A DNA stretch of 64,000 bases from an uncultured Clostridia bacterium (GTDB taxonomy: Bacteria; Bacillota; Clostridia; TANB77; CAG-465): positions 1,966-65,965 of the forward strand of contig CAKOYF010000001.1 of the NCBI GenBank assembly GCA_934130595.1. Direction: 5' to 3'. Position numbers and translations under genes: made by a program. The notes below the pieces were generated by a model. The model saw nothing but the letters and a program-made list of their open reading frames with translations. It was not told the DNA's origin and ran no database searches. Below are positions 1 to 10,411 of the stretch, one piece after another. Numbering within the stretch: the first letter of the stretch is position 1; each line of letters starts with the position of its first letter.

Positions 1-318
1 AAACTTATATGTTTCTATTTTTCCAATATTAACTGTTTCATCTTTTGGAATAGCTTCTTGTATAATAACATCTTCAATATTATTTTTAACAATATACATA
101 GAAGTAATATCATATTTATTTTTTAAACTTAGATGCTTATTTCCATCTTTAGACAAGCATGCAATTACAATTTCTTCTATATTATCAATAATATCAAATG
201 CAGATTTTTTAGTCAAGATATCATTATCATTTGACGCATTAATGTGGTGTCCTACTCCTAAAATTGTAACAATTGTAATAATAATTAATGTTACGTATAT
301 TATTTTTTTCTTATTCAT
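1..318 (-). CDS. hypothetical membrane-anchored protein, 5' part only (continues past window start)
   Basis: Own reading: ATG at 316-318 (minus), frame open to position 1. Product starts MNKKKIIYVTLIIITIVTILGVGHH, an N-terminal hydrophobic anchor. Absent from the ORF track because there is no stop in the window. Confidence 0.45.
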   Translation of the reverse strand, partial: MNKKKIIYVTLIIITIVTILGVGHHINASNDNDILTKKSAFDIIDNIEEIVIACLSKDGNKHLSLKNKYDITSMYIVKNNIEDVIIQEAIPKDETVNIGKIETYKF

Positions 319-372
319 AATATCACCCAATGTAATTGTATACTTTTTTTGGCAGTAGCACTTATATAATAT

Positions 373-401
373 AAAAAAAGCTAGTTATCTACATAACTAG
401 C
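373..401 (-). terminator. Rho-independent terminator after the zinc-ribbon gene
   Basis: Stem gctagttat/ataactagc (380-388 / 393-401) plus a U7 tract on the minus strand (373-379). Confidence 0.75.
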
Positions 402-416
402 CTTTCTTCATTAATT

Positions 417-926
417 TTAGAATTTATGTCCACATTTGTTGCAGAATTTTGCTGTTGGTTGGCATACTTCTCCACACTCTGGGCATACTTTTTCTACTTC
501 AACTTCTTCTTTTTTTATTACTTTCTTTTCTTCTTTTATCTTTACTGCCTTTTGTTTTTCTCCACAGTTAGTGCAGAATTTACTATCTAAAGCAATTGTT
601 TCTCCACAAGATTCACATTTTCTTAAATTCTTGTTGTATAATATTTTTTTATTCATTTCTTCAATTTCTTCATTTAATTTGTCTATTTTTTTACCTTGTT
701 TAGTAAATTCTTTTCCTACATCTTCACCAGCTTTGTATGCATTATATACAGCTTTACCTATTTCTTCATAGATTTCGTCTATATCAGTTTCTTTATCTGA
801 TATAGCTATTTTTAATTTTGTCTCCTCAATTAATTTTCCAGATTTGTCTGCAACAGTATTATATGTACTTGATGCTGTATCTCCTACCTTTTTAGATAGT
901 TCTTCAACTTTCTTCATAAATTCCAT
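417..926 (-). CDS. double zinc-ribbon domain protein with N-terminal coiled-coil region
   Basis: Two CxxC...CxxC pairs (CESCGE..CTNCGE and CPECGE..CNKCGH). RBS GGGAGG upstream. Terminator directly downstream. A possible own promoter is TTGAAT(979-984)-17-TATATT(956-961). Confidence 0.75.
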   Translation of the reverse strand: MEFMKKVEELSKKVGDTASSTYNTVADKSGKLIEETKLKIAISDKETDIDEIYEEIGKAVYNAYKAGEDVGKEFTKQGKKIDKLNEEIEEMNKKILYNKNLRKCESCGETIALDSKFCTNCGEKQKAVKIKEEKKVIKKEEVEVEKVCPECGEVCQPTAKFCNKCGHKF

Positions 927-984
927 AACAATAACCTCCCTTTATTTATGGCAATAATATATCACAAATACACTATAAATTCAA

Positions 985-3426
985 CTATTCATTAGAAATA
1001 ACAATTTTATCATCTACTACTTTCATAGTTACACTAGTATTGTCTTTTATTTTTCCATCAAGAATGTATTCAGCTATTTCATCTTCTATTTTAGATTGAA
1101 CAGCTCTCTTTAGAGGTCTTGCTCCATAGTTTTCGTCAAATCCTACTTTAGCAATATACTCAACTACAGATTCATCTACATTAATAGTTATATTTCTTTC
1201 TTTTAGTTTTTCTACAGATTTATCTATCATAATTTTAGCTATTTTCTTAACTGATTCTTTATCTAATTTTTTAAATACAATTATCTCATCTAATCTATTT
1301 AAAAATTCTGGTCTAAATGTTCTCTTTAGTTCTGCCATAACTTCTTCTTTGCTTTTTTCATATTCTTTACTTGAATCTTCCTTATTTGCAAATCCAATAG
1401 TTTTACTTTCAACAATATTTCTTGCACCGGTATTAGAAGTCATTATTATAACAGTATTCTTAAAGCTTACTGTTCTTCCATTAGAATCTGTAAGTCTTCC
1501 ATCATCAAGAATTTGTAGTAACATGTTAAATACATCTGGATGTGCTTTTTCTATTTCATCAAATAATACAATTGAATATGGTTTTCTTCTTATTTGCTCA
1601 GTTAATTGGCCACCATCATCATATCCAACATATCCTGGAGGTGATCCTATTAATTTAGAAACACTATGTGGTTCCATATATTCAGACATGTCTAATCTTA
1701 TCATTGAATTTTCACTACCAAACATATTTGCTGCAAGTGCTTTTGTAAGTTCTGTTTTTCCTACACCTGTTGGTCCTAAGAACATAAATGAACCAATAGG
1801 TCTGTTCTCATCTTTTAAACCAACTCTAGCTCTTTTTATTGCTTTTGCAAGTACATCTATAGCTTCATCTTGACCTATTACTCTTTCTTTTAAGTCTTTA
1901 TCTAGATTTTTTAATTTTTCAGTTTCAGTTTCTGTTAATTTAGTTACTGGGATTTTTGTCCAATTAGAGACTACTGCACAAATATCTTCTTTACTTATTG
2001 AAACTTCTTTATTTTTTTCTTGTTTTTTCCATTCGTCGTCGTTTTTCTTTATTTTTTCTTTTAAATCTTTTTCTTCATCTCTTATTTTAGCTGCTTTTTC
2101 AAAGTTTTGAGAAATTATTGCTTCTTCTTTTTCTTTAGATTTCTTTTCTAGTTCTTTTTCAAGATTTTTATAACTTTCTGGTTTTGTAAGGCTCTTTATT
2201 TTAGCTTTTGAACAAGCCTCATCTATTAAATCTATTGCTTTATCTGGTAAAAATCTATCTGTAATATATCTTTCAGATAATATTGTTGCCTCTTTAATTG
2301 CTTCATCTGTAATCTTTACTTTATGATGAGCTTCATATTTATCTTTTAATCCTCTTAATATTTCTATTGTATTTTCTATGCTTGGCTCTTCTACAATAAC
2401 ACTTTGAAATCTTCTTTCTAATGCGCTATCTTTTTCAATATATTTTCTATATTCATTTAATGTTGTAGCACCAATAACTTGTATCTCTCCTCTTGAAAGT
2501 AAAGGTTTCAAGATATTTGCTGCATCCATTGCTCCTTCTGCAGAACCTGCTCCAACAATAGTGTGAATTTCATCTATAAACAATATAACGTTTTTAGCAG
2601 ATTTCATTTCTTGTAATGCTTTTTTTAATCTTTCCTCAAATTCGCCTCTATATTTTGCACCTGCAATCATTGAAGCCATATCTAAAGAAACTACTCTTTT
2701 TCCTTTTAGAATTTCTGGCACATTGTTTTCATATATCATTTGTGCTAAGCCTTCAACAACAGCAGTTTTACCAACACCAGGTTCACCTATTAAAACAGGA
2801 TTATTTTTAGTTCTTCTACTTAGTATTTCTACAACCCTTTCTATTTCTTTTTCTCTTCCAATTACTGGATCTAGTTTATTTTGCTTTGCAAGTTCTGTTA
2901 AATCTTTACCATATTGGTTTAAAGTTGGAGTATTTCCTCCTGCTTTTGAATCTAAATTAGCTGGATCTGTATAATTTTTAGAAATTGGAGATTCTTCTCC
3001 TAATATTCTTAATAGCTCAGTAAAGATTTTTTGAGGATCTATATCTGAATCTATTAAAATTCTAACAGCTACACTGTCAATTTCTCTCATTAAAGCAAGT
3101 AGAATGTGTTCAGATCCAACATAATTTTGACCCATTCTTATTGCTTCTTTTTGACTATTTGCAATTATTCTTTTAGCTCTAGGAGTAAATTCAATTTCGT
3201 CTTCATCTACAATTGTGTTCATTGCTCCATCTATTTTTACTATTTCATCTTCAACATATTCTGTTGTAAGGCCTTGATTCTTTAGAATTGTAGCTGCTAA
3301 TCCTTCATTTTCAGCAATCAGACCATATAAGATATGTTCTGTTCCTACATATGAATAATTATGTTCTAAAGAAAATTCTTTTGCAAATTCTATAACTTTT
3401 CTAGCACTTTCTGTAAATTCGTACAT
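985..3426 (-). CDS. clpC: ATP-dependent Clp protease ATP-binding subunit ClpC
   Basis: Clp N repeats, two Walker A sites (GEPGVGKT, GPTGVGKT) and a UVR-like middle region. It is the last gene after ctsR-mcsA-mcsB. The start is moved to the ATG at 3426 because AAGGAGAG (3433-3440) abuts the ATG at 3432. Confidence 0.95.
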   Translation of the reverse strand: MYEFTESARKVIEFAKEFSLEHNYSYVGTEHILYGLIAENEGLAATILKNQGLTTEYVEDEIVKIDGAMNTIVDEDEIEFTPRAKRIIANSQKEAIRMGQNYVGSEHILLALMREIDSVAVRILIDSDIDPQKIFTELLRILGEESPISKNYTDPANLDSKAGGNTPTLNQYGKDLTELAKQNKLDPVIGREKEIERVVEILSRRTKNNPVLIGEPGVGKTAVVEGLAQMIYENNVPEILKGKRVVSLDMASMIAGAKYRGEFEERLKKALQEMKSAKNVILFIDEIHTIVGAGSAEGAMDAANILKPLLSRGEIQVIGATTLNEYRKYIEKDSALERRFQSVIVEEPSIENTIEILRGLKDKYEAHHKVKITDEAIKEATILSERYITDRFLPDKAIDLIDEACSKAKIKSLTKPESYKNLEKELEKKSKEKEEAIISQNFEKAAKIRDEEKDLKEKIKKNDDEWKKQEKNKEVSISKEDICAVVSNWTKIPVTKLTETETEKLKNLDKDLKERVIGQDEAIDVLAKAIKRARVGLKDENRPIGSFMFLGPTGVGKTELTKALAANMFGSENSMIRLDMSEYMEPHSVSKLIGSPPGYVGYDDGGQLTEQIRRKPYSIVLFDEIEKAHPDVFNMLLQILDDGRLTDSNGRTVSFKNTVIIMTSNTGARNIVESKTIGFANKEDSSKEYEKSKEEVMAELKRTFRPEFLNRLDEIIVFKKLDKESVKKIAKIMIDKSVEKLKERNITINVDESVVEYIAKVGFDENYGARPLKRAVQSKIEDEIAEYILDGKIKDNTSVTMKVVDDKIVISNE

Positions 3427-3441
3427 AAACATCTCTCCTTT

Positions 3442-4413
3442 CTATATACTACTTTTTATATATTCTGCTCTTTTTATATTTTCTTCTTCTTTTGAAAAAT
3501 TATCTTTCATATTTTTTCTAAGTGTATTTATTCCAATGTTTTCTATTAATTCTCTAATTTGCTCTAGTGAAACATCTTTTATATAATCCATATTAATTCC
3601 CATTGCAATATTAGATAATAGTTGCATTGCTTCTTCTTGAGAAATCATAGTAGCATATTTTGCAATACCATAAGATCTCATAACTTCATCTTTTATTTGA
3701 AGTTTATTTTTTAAGATTTCTCTTGCTTTTCTTTCTTGTTTTACTATATAATTTGTGACTTGTTTAACTTGTTCTATTATATCTTCCTCTTTTATTCCTA
3801 GAGTTTTTTGATTTGAAATCTGATATATAGATCCATCACCATTAGTATTTTCTCCATAAATTCCTCTTATTGAAATTCCTAGATTAGATATTTCATTAAA
3901 TATTTTTTCAAGTGCACCAATTTTTTCAAGTGCAGGTAAGTGTAACATAACTGATACTCTCATACCTGTTCCTAGACAAGTTGGGCAAGCTGTTATGTAT
4001 CCATAATCTTTTGTATATGCATATTCTATTTTACTTGAAATATAATTATCTACATTTACTATATTTTCATATGCTTTATCTATATCAAAAGCATTTTGGA
4101 AAGCTTGAATTCTAAAATGGTCTTCTTCATTAATCATTGTTGAAATTCCATTTTTTTCATCTAATATTATAGCTGTTCCATTATTTAATAGTAATTCTTT
4201 AGAAATTATATGTTTTTCAACTAGTGATTTTTTAGTAACATCATCTATATTGTCTAATTCCAATATATTATATTTGTCTTTTAAGTTTTCTTTTATATAT
4301 TCTAATAACTCTTGTTTTTGTCTATCACTCATATTATTAGTAAATCTATAACCTTTAACATTTCTGGCAAGTCTTATTCTAGTTGTAATTACTACGTCTT
4401 CGTATTTTTCCAT
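3442..4413 (-). CDS. mcsB: protein arginine kinase McsB
   Basis: ATP:guanido phosphotransferase-like sequence (ITACPTCLGTGMRVSVMLHLPAL). Its start overlaps the mcsA stop (TAATG). Confidence 0.9.
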   Translation of the reverse strand: MEKYEDVVITTRIRLARNVKGYRFTNNMSDRQKQELLEYIKENLKDKYNILELDNIDDVTKKSLVEKHIISKELLLNNGTAIILDEKNGISTMINEEDHFRIQAFQNAFDIDKAYENIVNVDNYISSKIEYAYTKDYGYITACPTCLGTGMRVSVMLHLPALEKIGALEKIFNEISNLGISIRGIYGENTNGDGSIYQISNQKTLGIKEEDIIEQVKQVTNYIVKQERKAREILKNKLQIKDEVMRSYGIAKYATMISQEEAMQLLSNIAMGINMDYIKDVSLEQIRELIENIGINTLRKNMKDNFSKEEENIKRAEYIKSSI

Positions 4414-4907
4414 TATTGCTTGCCTCCTTTTCCTTTAGATTCTATTTTTTTAATTTCATCTCTTACTACAGCAGCTTCTTCGAATTTTTCGTCTTTAATA
4501 AGTTGTTGTAGTTTTTCTTTTAATTCATCTACTTTTGAAACTGTATTTGTTTTTTCTTTCTTTATAGATTTCTTTCTATTTGTTGTTTCAATATGTCTAT
4601 TTTTTCCTTGAATTCTAGGTAGTAATTTATCTATTTCACTTTTAAATGTGTTATAGCATTCATCACATCCTAATAATCCAGTTGATTTATACTTTGAAAA
4701 AGTATAACCACACTTTTTACATTTTACTTCTTCTGGTAATATATAATCTAGATCTAAAACCATTGGTGAAAAGATATCATCAAATGAATTAAATATTCCT
4801 AGTTTATGTGCACATTCTTCACACAAGTTTAAATTTATAATATTACCATTTATATTCTGTTTATATGTAATATTTGCAATATTTTTTCCACAATTTGAAC
4901 ATTTCAT
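4413..4907 (-). CDS. mcsA: McsA (zinc-finger and UVR-motif activator of McsB)
   Basis: N-terminal CxxC pairs (CSNCGK, CEEC, CKKCG, CDEC) and a C-terminal UVR-like FEEAAVVRDEIK. Sits between ctsR and mcsB. Confidence 0.85.
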   Translation of the reverse strand: MKCSNCGKNIANITYKQNINGNIINLNLCEECAHKLGIFNSFDDIFSPMVLDLDYILPEEVKCKKCGYTFSKYKSTGLLGCDECYNTFKSEIDKLLPRIQGKNRHIETTNRKKSIKKEKTNTVSKVDELKEKLQQLIKDEKFEEAAVVRDEIKKIESKGKGGKQ

Positions 4908-4925
4908 AAAAAATTCCCCCTTTTT

Positions 4926-5372
4926 TTATATTAAATTTATAAGTATATTTTTAAACATATCCGCTCTTACATTATCTCTTTTTATTTTTTCTACCTGATT
5001 TAAACTTTTCTCAGATAAAGCTGCAGTTATTATATTAGCAGTCTTATCATCTAATACATTATATCTAAGCAACTCTCTTAAGTAAACTTCCATAACACTT
5101 TGTGACATTTTTCCACCTATGTTGTGGATAATTTTATTTATGTATTGAGATTTAGATAGATTCATTCTGCTGATTTTTATATATCCATTTCCTCCTCTTT
5201 TACTTTCTACATAAAAACCTAATTCAGGAATAAATCTGGTAGATATAACATAATTTATTTGTGATGGTACACAATTAAATTCTTGTGCTATTTCACTTCT
5301 TTTTAGCTCTACCTGCTCTGAATCTGCTATTGCTTTCATAATATATTGTTCAATTAAATCTGATAAATTCAT
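4926..5372 (-). CDS. ctsR: transcriptional repressor CtsR
   Basis: MNLSDLIEQYIMKAI... is a typical CtsR N-terminus. GGAGGAAAAAATG RBS for the ATG at 5372. The track ORF start at 5417 runs through the promoter and the CtsR operator. Confidence 0.9.
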   Translation of the reverse strand: MNLSDLIEQYIMKAIADSEQVELKRSEIAQEFNCVPSQINYVISTRFIPELGFYVESKRGGNGYIKISRMNLSKSQYINKIIHNIGGKMSQSVMEVYLRELLRYNVLDDKTANIITAALSEKSLNQVEKIKRDNVRADMFKNILINLI

Positions 5373-5391
5373 TTTTTCCTCCTTATTTAAC

Positions 5392-5408
5392 TTTGACTTT
5401 CTTTGACT
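5392..5408 (-). promoter_or_regulatory. CtsR operator (tandem heptad AGTCAAA-GAA-AGTCAAA)
   Basis: Minus-strand AGTCAAAGAAAGTCAAA matches the CtsR box consensus (A/G)GTCAAA-NAN-(A/G)GTCAAA. It lies immediately downstream of the -10. An extra GGTCAAA half-site is at 5424-5430. Confidence 0.8.
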
Positions 5409-5437
5409 ATTATACAACTATTTTTTGACCTTGTCAA
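5409..5437 (-). promoter_or_regulatory. sigma-A type promoter of the ctsR operon
   Basis: Minus strand TTGACA (5432-5437), 17-nt spacer, TATAAT (5409-5414). Confidence 0.75.
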
Positions 5438-5470
5438 GTATTAAGTAACATTTTTTTGAATTATGTAAAA

Positions 5471-5504
5471 TAAAAAGAGAGTATATTTCACGAATATACT
5501 CTCT
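5471..5504 (-). terminator. Rho-independent terminator after the 155-aa membrane protein gene
   Basis: 11-bp stem agagagtatat/atatactctct (5476-5486 / 5494-5504) followed on the minus strand by a U-run. Confidence 0.8.
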
Positions 5505-5513
5505 TTTTTGATA

Positions 5514-5981
5514 TTAATTTTCATCGTTATCTTTTATTGCAAATATAAAGAATGGTCCTAATAGTCCTAGTGATAGCACATCTAATACAGTCATTATAAC
5601 TGTACTTTTACTATATTTTTTATATATTCTATAATGTGCTACAAAACAATACACACTTAGTATAATTGATATTATAAATCCTAAAATTATTAAGAAATAT
5701 AATAATTTTAAATTTCGTGCTACGAAAAATATTGCCATACTTATAATAACATTGATCACAGCAAGCGTAACCATAATTGCAGCATGAACATTAGATTTAA
5801 AAGCAATTCTCCCTAATGTATATTTATTTATATATGGTATCCATGGCATTACTGTGTTTTCATTTTCTCTTTTGGCCATTCCATATAATCCATATGAATT
5901 AAAAGCATATGAAACAAATCCAAAACCAAATAATCCCAGATACATAACAATAACAATAACTATAACTAACATCCCCATCAT
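5514..5981 (-). CDS. hypothetical integral membrane protein
   Basis: Four or five hydrophobic segments and no recognisable motif. RBS AGAGGTGA upstream. Confidence 0.6.
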   Translation of the reverse strand: MMGMLVIVIVIVMYLGLFGFGFVSYAFNSYGLYGMAKRENENTVMPWIPYINKYTLGRIAFKSNVHAAIMVTLAVINVIISMAIFFVARNLKLLYFLIILGFIISIILSVYCFVAHYRIYKKYSKSTVIMTVLDVLSLGLLGPFFIFAIKDNDEN

Positions 5982-5998
5982 TTCACCTCTTATTTATT

Positions 5999-7294
5999 TT
6001 ATATATCACTGCTCATAAAATCTTTTAATTTCTTGCTTCTACTTGGATGTCTTAATTTTCTAAGAGCTTTTGCTTCTATCTGTCTGATTCTTTCTCTTGT
6101 TACGTCAAATTCCTTTCCGACTTCTTCAAGAGTTCTCATTCTACCATCTTCAAGTCCAAATCTTAGCTTTAATACTTTTGCCTCACGTGGAGTTAATGTT
6201 TGCATTACTTCCTCGATATGTTCTCTTAAAAGTGTATCTGCAGCTTGTTCTGATGGAGATGGTGCTTCATCATCAGGAATAAAGTTTCCAAGATTACTTT
6301 CATCTTCTTCTCCTACTGGAGTCTCTAATGAAATTGGTTCTTGTGATACTTTTAAAATATCTCTTACTTTTTCTACTGGCATTTCTAGTTCTGCAGCAAT
6401 TTCTTCTGGTGTTGGTTCTCTACCTAGAGTTTGTAGTAGATGTCTAGATGTTTTTATTAATTTATTTATTGTTTCTACCATGTGTACTGGTATTCTTATT
6501 GTTCTGGCTTGGTCCGCAATTGCTCTTGTTATTGCTTGTCTAATCCACCATGTAGCATATGTAGAGAATTTATATCCCTTTGTTTGGTCAAATTTATCTA
6601 CAGCTTTTATTAGTCCTAAATTTCCTTCTTGGATTAAGTCTAAGAAGTTCATTCCTCTACCAATATACTTTTTAGCAATACTAACAACTAAACGTAAATT
6701 TGATTCGATTAACTGTTGTTTTGCCTCTTTATCTCCTTTTAGCATTCTCTCAGCCAGTATGTTCTCTTCTTCATAAGTTAGTAGTCTAATCTTTCCTATT
6801 TCTTTTAAGAACATTTTTACTGGATCATCTACATTTAAATTATCTACGAAAGACATATCTTGCATATCTTGGAATAATAGATCCTTTTCTGTTTCATCTA
6901 TATCTTCAAGATTTGGCTCAATATCTAAATCTGCAACTGGAGCATTTTCATCATCCTTCTTATCTGGATCTTCTTCAAGCTCTTGTTTTATCTTTCCATC
7001 AATTAATAAGTCTTTATCTTCGTCTTCATCATCTAGTATTAAGTTTACTTTAGCTTTATCTAATTCATCATAAATCTTTGTTACATATTCAGAATCGATG
7101 TTTTCTTTACTTATAAATTCAATAACATCTTTCATCTGTATTTTTTTTGATTTTATTGCTTGATCTATAAACTTCTTTACCTTTTCTTTTTGTGTTAATT
7201 CCTTCTTAGCCTTTTCTTCAACTTTTGTTTCTGGTCCATTTTGAACATTTTTTATTGATTCTTTATTATCAATTGTTTTTTCTTTTTTACCCAT
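5999..7294 (-). CDS. rpoD: RNA polymerase sigma factor RpoD/SigA
   Basis: Regions 2-4 are conserved ([33 protein letters not shown]). Long acidic N-terminal linker. Follows dnaG. The ATG at 7294 has GAGGAG 10 nt upstream, whereas 7312 has no SD. Confidence 0.95.
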   Translation of the reverse strand: MGKKEKTIDNKESIKNVQNGPETKVEEKAKKELTQKEKVKKFIDQAIKSKKIQMKDVIEFISKENIDSEYVTKIYDELDKAKVNLILDDEDEDKDLLIDGKIKQELEEDPDKKDDENAPVADLDIEPNLEDIDETEKDLLFQDMQDMSFVDNLNVDDPVKMFLKEIGKIRLLTYEEENILAERMLKGDKEAKQQLIESNLRLVVSIAKKYIGRGMNFLDLIQEGNLGLIKAVDKFDQTKGYKFSTYATWWIRQAITRAIADQARTIRIPVHMVETINKLIKTSRHLLQTLGREPTPEEIAAELEMPVEKVRDILKVSQEPISLETPVGEEDESNLGNFIPDDEAPSPSEQAADTLLREHIEEVMQTLTPREAKVLKLRFGLEDGRMRTLEEVGKEFDVTRERIRQIEAKALRKLRHPSRSKKLKDFMSSDI

Positions 7295-7313
7295 TTTTAC
7301 TGAACTCCTCATT

Positions 7314-9125
7314 TTACTTTAATTTAGAAAGTTCTATTACTATTTGATTTAATTCAACCTTAAGTACTTCACTTTCATCGCTTGAGACATATTCACCTAG
7401 TCTTTTTATAATTTCATCTCTTCTAGTATATAGTCTTTCTTTTTTCTTATTCTTTAATACATCTTGAAGTAACTTTTCTTCATACCCTGAAATATCGATA
7501 TACATTATATCTGTAATTTCCTTTAACATATCTTCATCCTGTATTTTAGATAAGATATCTATTTTATTTATATCATACTCATTACTTAAATTAATAATGA
7601 AATTATAAACATTTCTTACATTTTCATCTTCTATATCTTCAGATGAAATATTTTTTACTATCTCTTCTTGTATTTTCTTCTTTTTAGATAGCATTAGTGC
7701 AACTATGTATTGCTCTTGCCTCTTACGCACACTAGTAACTAATTGCATCTTTTTATTTAATGCATTCATATCTAAAACAATATCATCTTCTTTTTTGTTT
7801 TTCATTCCTTTTTCAACTTCTTTTAAAATTGGTCCTGGACTCATTCCATATTTTTTAGATATTTTATCTATATATAAATCTCTTTCTATATTATTATCTA
7901 TTTTAGAAAGTATATTAGAAACACCTGTTAAAAATCTAACCTTAGAATCAAAATTATCTAAGTTTAAATTCTTCTCTAAAATAGAAACTTTAAATTCAAC
8001 AAGAGAAATAGCTTCATCTACACATTTTTTTAATCTTTCTGGTCCATACTTGTTTAAGTACTCATCTGGATCTTTAACATCACTTCTATCGAGTTTTAAT
8101 ACTTTAACATTTAATCCATGATTTGCTAAAATATCCAAACCTCTCATTGTTGCAGCTTGTCCAGCACCATCTTGATCATATCCAATTATTACATTATCTG
8201 TATATTTTTTTATTAGTCTTGCTTGATTTTCTGTCAAGGCAGTTCCTAAAGACGCAACTGCATTAGTAAATCCAAATTTTTGTAATGCTATAGCATCCAT
8301 ATATCCTTCAACTATAATTATATTCTCTATTTTTTCTCTTTTAGCAAAATTCATCAAATATAACGTTTTTCCTTTGTGATATATTTCATTTTCTTGCGAA
8401 TTATAATACTTAGGAATTGTTTTAGATATAACTTTTTCTCCAAAGGCTCTACCACCAAATGCTACAATTCTATCTCTTATATCAAATATAGGAAACATTA
8501 CTCTATCAAAAAATCTATCATACATTCTACCATTTCTACTAGGTAGAATTATATCTGAGGCCTCAATTTCCTCTTTACTATATCCTAATTTTACTAGATA
8601 ATCATATAATGATTCTTTTCCTGTTGAATATCCAATTCCAAATTTATTTATTGTCTTTATATCCAACTTTCTAGAAATAATGTAATCTTTTACTGGATTT
8701 TTTTCTTCTTTTAAAAGTTCAATCAAATTATTATGATAAAATAGACCGACATCTCTATTTAACTTATATAAAGTTTCTTTTAAATCTCTTTTTGTTGTGT
8801 CCATTTTATTATAATAATTATTTACTTCATATCTTGTTGTATCTATATTTGCTCTTTCAGCAAGCATTTCTACAGCATCCCAAAAATCCAAATTTTCTAT
8901 TTTCATAATAAAAGTAATAACATTTCCACCTTCAGAGCATCCAAAGCACTTGAATATTTGCTTGTCCATAGAAACACAAAAAGAAGGTGATTTTTCCCTA
9001 TGAAAAGGGCATAGGCCCATATAATTTCTTCCGCTCTTTTTTAGAGTAACATATTCTGAAACAACTTCAACTATGTCATTTTGAGATATAACTTCCTCTA
9101 TTAAATCACTTGAATAATATGGCAC
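7314..9125 (-). CDS. dnaG: DNA primase DnaG
   Basis: Zinc-binding [11 protein letters not shown]...CFGC, a TOPRIM EGYMD motif, and the dnaG-rpoD arrangement. Confidence 0.95.
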   Translation of the reverse strand: MPYYSSDLIEEVISQNDIVEVVSEYVTLKKSGRNYMGLCPFHREKSPSFCVSMDKQIFKCFGCSEGGNVITFIMKIENLDFWDAVEMLAERANIDTTRYEVNNYYNKMDTTKRDLKETLYKLNRDVGLFYHNNLIELLKEEKNPVKDYIISRKLDIKTINKFGIGYSTGKESLYDYLVKLGYSKEEIEASDIILPSRNGRMYDRFFDRVMFPIFDIRDRIVAFGGRAFGEKVISKTIPKYYNSQENEIYHKGKTLYLMNFAKREKIENIIIVEGYMDAIALQKFGFTNAVASLGTALTENQARLIKKYTDNVIIGYDQDGAGQAATMRGLDILANHGLNVKVLKLDRSDVKDPDEYLNKYGPERLKKCVDEAISLVEFKVSILEKNLNLDNFDSKVRFLTGVSNILSKIDNNIERDLYIDKISKKYGMSPGPILKEVEKGMKNKKEDDIVLDMNALNKKMQLVTSVRKRQEQYIVALMLSKKKKIQEEIVKNISSEDIEDENVRNVYNFIINLSNEYDINKIDILSKIQDEDMLKEITDIMYIDISGYEEKLLQDVLKNKKKERLYTRRDEIIKRLGEYVSSDESEVLKVELNQIVIELSKLK

Positions 9126-9144
9126 CTATTACTCACCTTCCTTC

Positions 9145-10383
9145 CTATGCTTCAATCATTTTTATTCTTTCTTCTCTATTATAATAGATATTTGTAGTAT
9201 TTACAATACCTATTATAACTAATAATAATGTTAAAACTGGTTGATAATATATGATATTCAACTTAAATATAGTAATAACTGCATATAATAATATAAAACT
9301 TAATTTTATAACAGTAGATTTAGTATCATATTTTCTATGCAATGCTAAAGATAAAATTTCCATTGCTAAAATATACACATAACATGTAATGTAGAATTTT
9401 GTAGACATACTAGAAAATTCATAAGCTTTTTCTTTTATATTTGAAAATTCAAAATTTCTAGCAGTATGTATTCCTACATTTAAATCATTTGTTATATTTT
9501 GACATACGCCATTTTCTCTATTAGCTAGTCCTCTGATACAGCTTCTTCCAACAAAATAAATTGCTGTAGATATCAATATTACTATACATAGTGATACCAA
9601 TAACTTACTTATTTTAATTCTTTCTATTTTATATATAAAGTAATTGTTTTTCTTTCTTTTTATTGTTTTGTTTTGTCTATTAGATAAATTTAAACTTGTT
9701 GAGTCTAAATTTGAAGTAATAAACAAAGATACTATTGCTACTCCAACCCATATTAAATAATTTACACCAAATAAAGTGCTTACACCAATACAAACTCCTA
9801 ATATTACAGCTTGAATTATATACTTTTTATTTTTTATATTTAATTGTTTTAGTTCATCTAGCAATATTTGCATAACATATATAGATACAAGCATAAACAA
9901 TGATATAAACTTAGCATTTAAATCTATTGTTTTGTCTGCTATTATATTAGGAACAGTAAAAGAAACAAACATTCCTAATACAGATAGCACATCACTTTTT
10001 GAAACATTAAATACAATTCTTTGTATAGTAAGTCCTATCAAATATGTCATAACAAAATATAGTATTAATGACCTTTTCGGGTACATATCCATTACTTTAT
10101 ATATTTTAAAAAATGTAGTAGCTAGCATAACCAATGTTATATAGATATACCTATATACAATAGATATAGGTTTTTGAAGTTTTTGTCTAGATATTTTTTC
10201 TTTTACATATGTATATAACGAAACAAGTATTATTACTACAAAAACATATCCAATTTTTATTAAATTACTAGCACTATTTACAGAATTTCCAATATTATTG
10301 ATATATGTAAAATCTGAAATCCCTAAAAATAAGATTAATGCTACAAATACTGCTACTACTAAACTACGTGAAATTTTACTCAT
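9145..10383 (-). CDS. polytopic membrane protein of unknown function
   Basis: About 10 predicted TM helices and no motif I recognise. Lies 19 nt upstream of dnaG and 28 nt downstream of a nucleotidyltransferase gene. Confidence 0.65.
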   Translation of the reverse strand: MSKISRSLVVAVFVALILFLGISDFTYINNIGNSVNSASNLIKIGYVFVVIILVSLYTYVKEKISRQKLQKPISIVYRYIYITLVMLATTFFKIYKVMDMYPKRSLILYFVMTYLIGLTIQRIVFNVSKSDVLSVLGMFVSFTVPNIIADKTIDLNAKFISLFMLVSIYVMQILLDELKQLNIKNKKYIIQAVILGVCIGVSTLFGVNYLIWVGVAIVSLFITSNLDSTSLNLSNRQNKTIKRKKNNYFIYKIERIKISKLLVSLCIVILISTAIYFVGRSCIRGLANRENGVCQNITNDLNVGIHTARNFEFSNIKEKAYEFSSMSTKFYITCYVYILAMEILSLALHRKYDTKSTVIKLSFILLYAVITIFKLNIIYYQPVLTLLLVIIGIVNTTNIYYNREERIKMIEA

Positions 10384-10411
10384 ACTTATTTACCACACTA
10401 CTATTATATTA

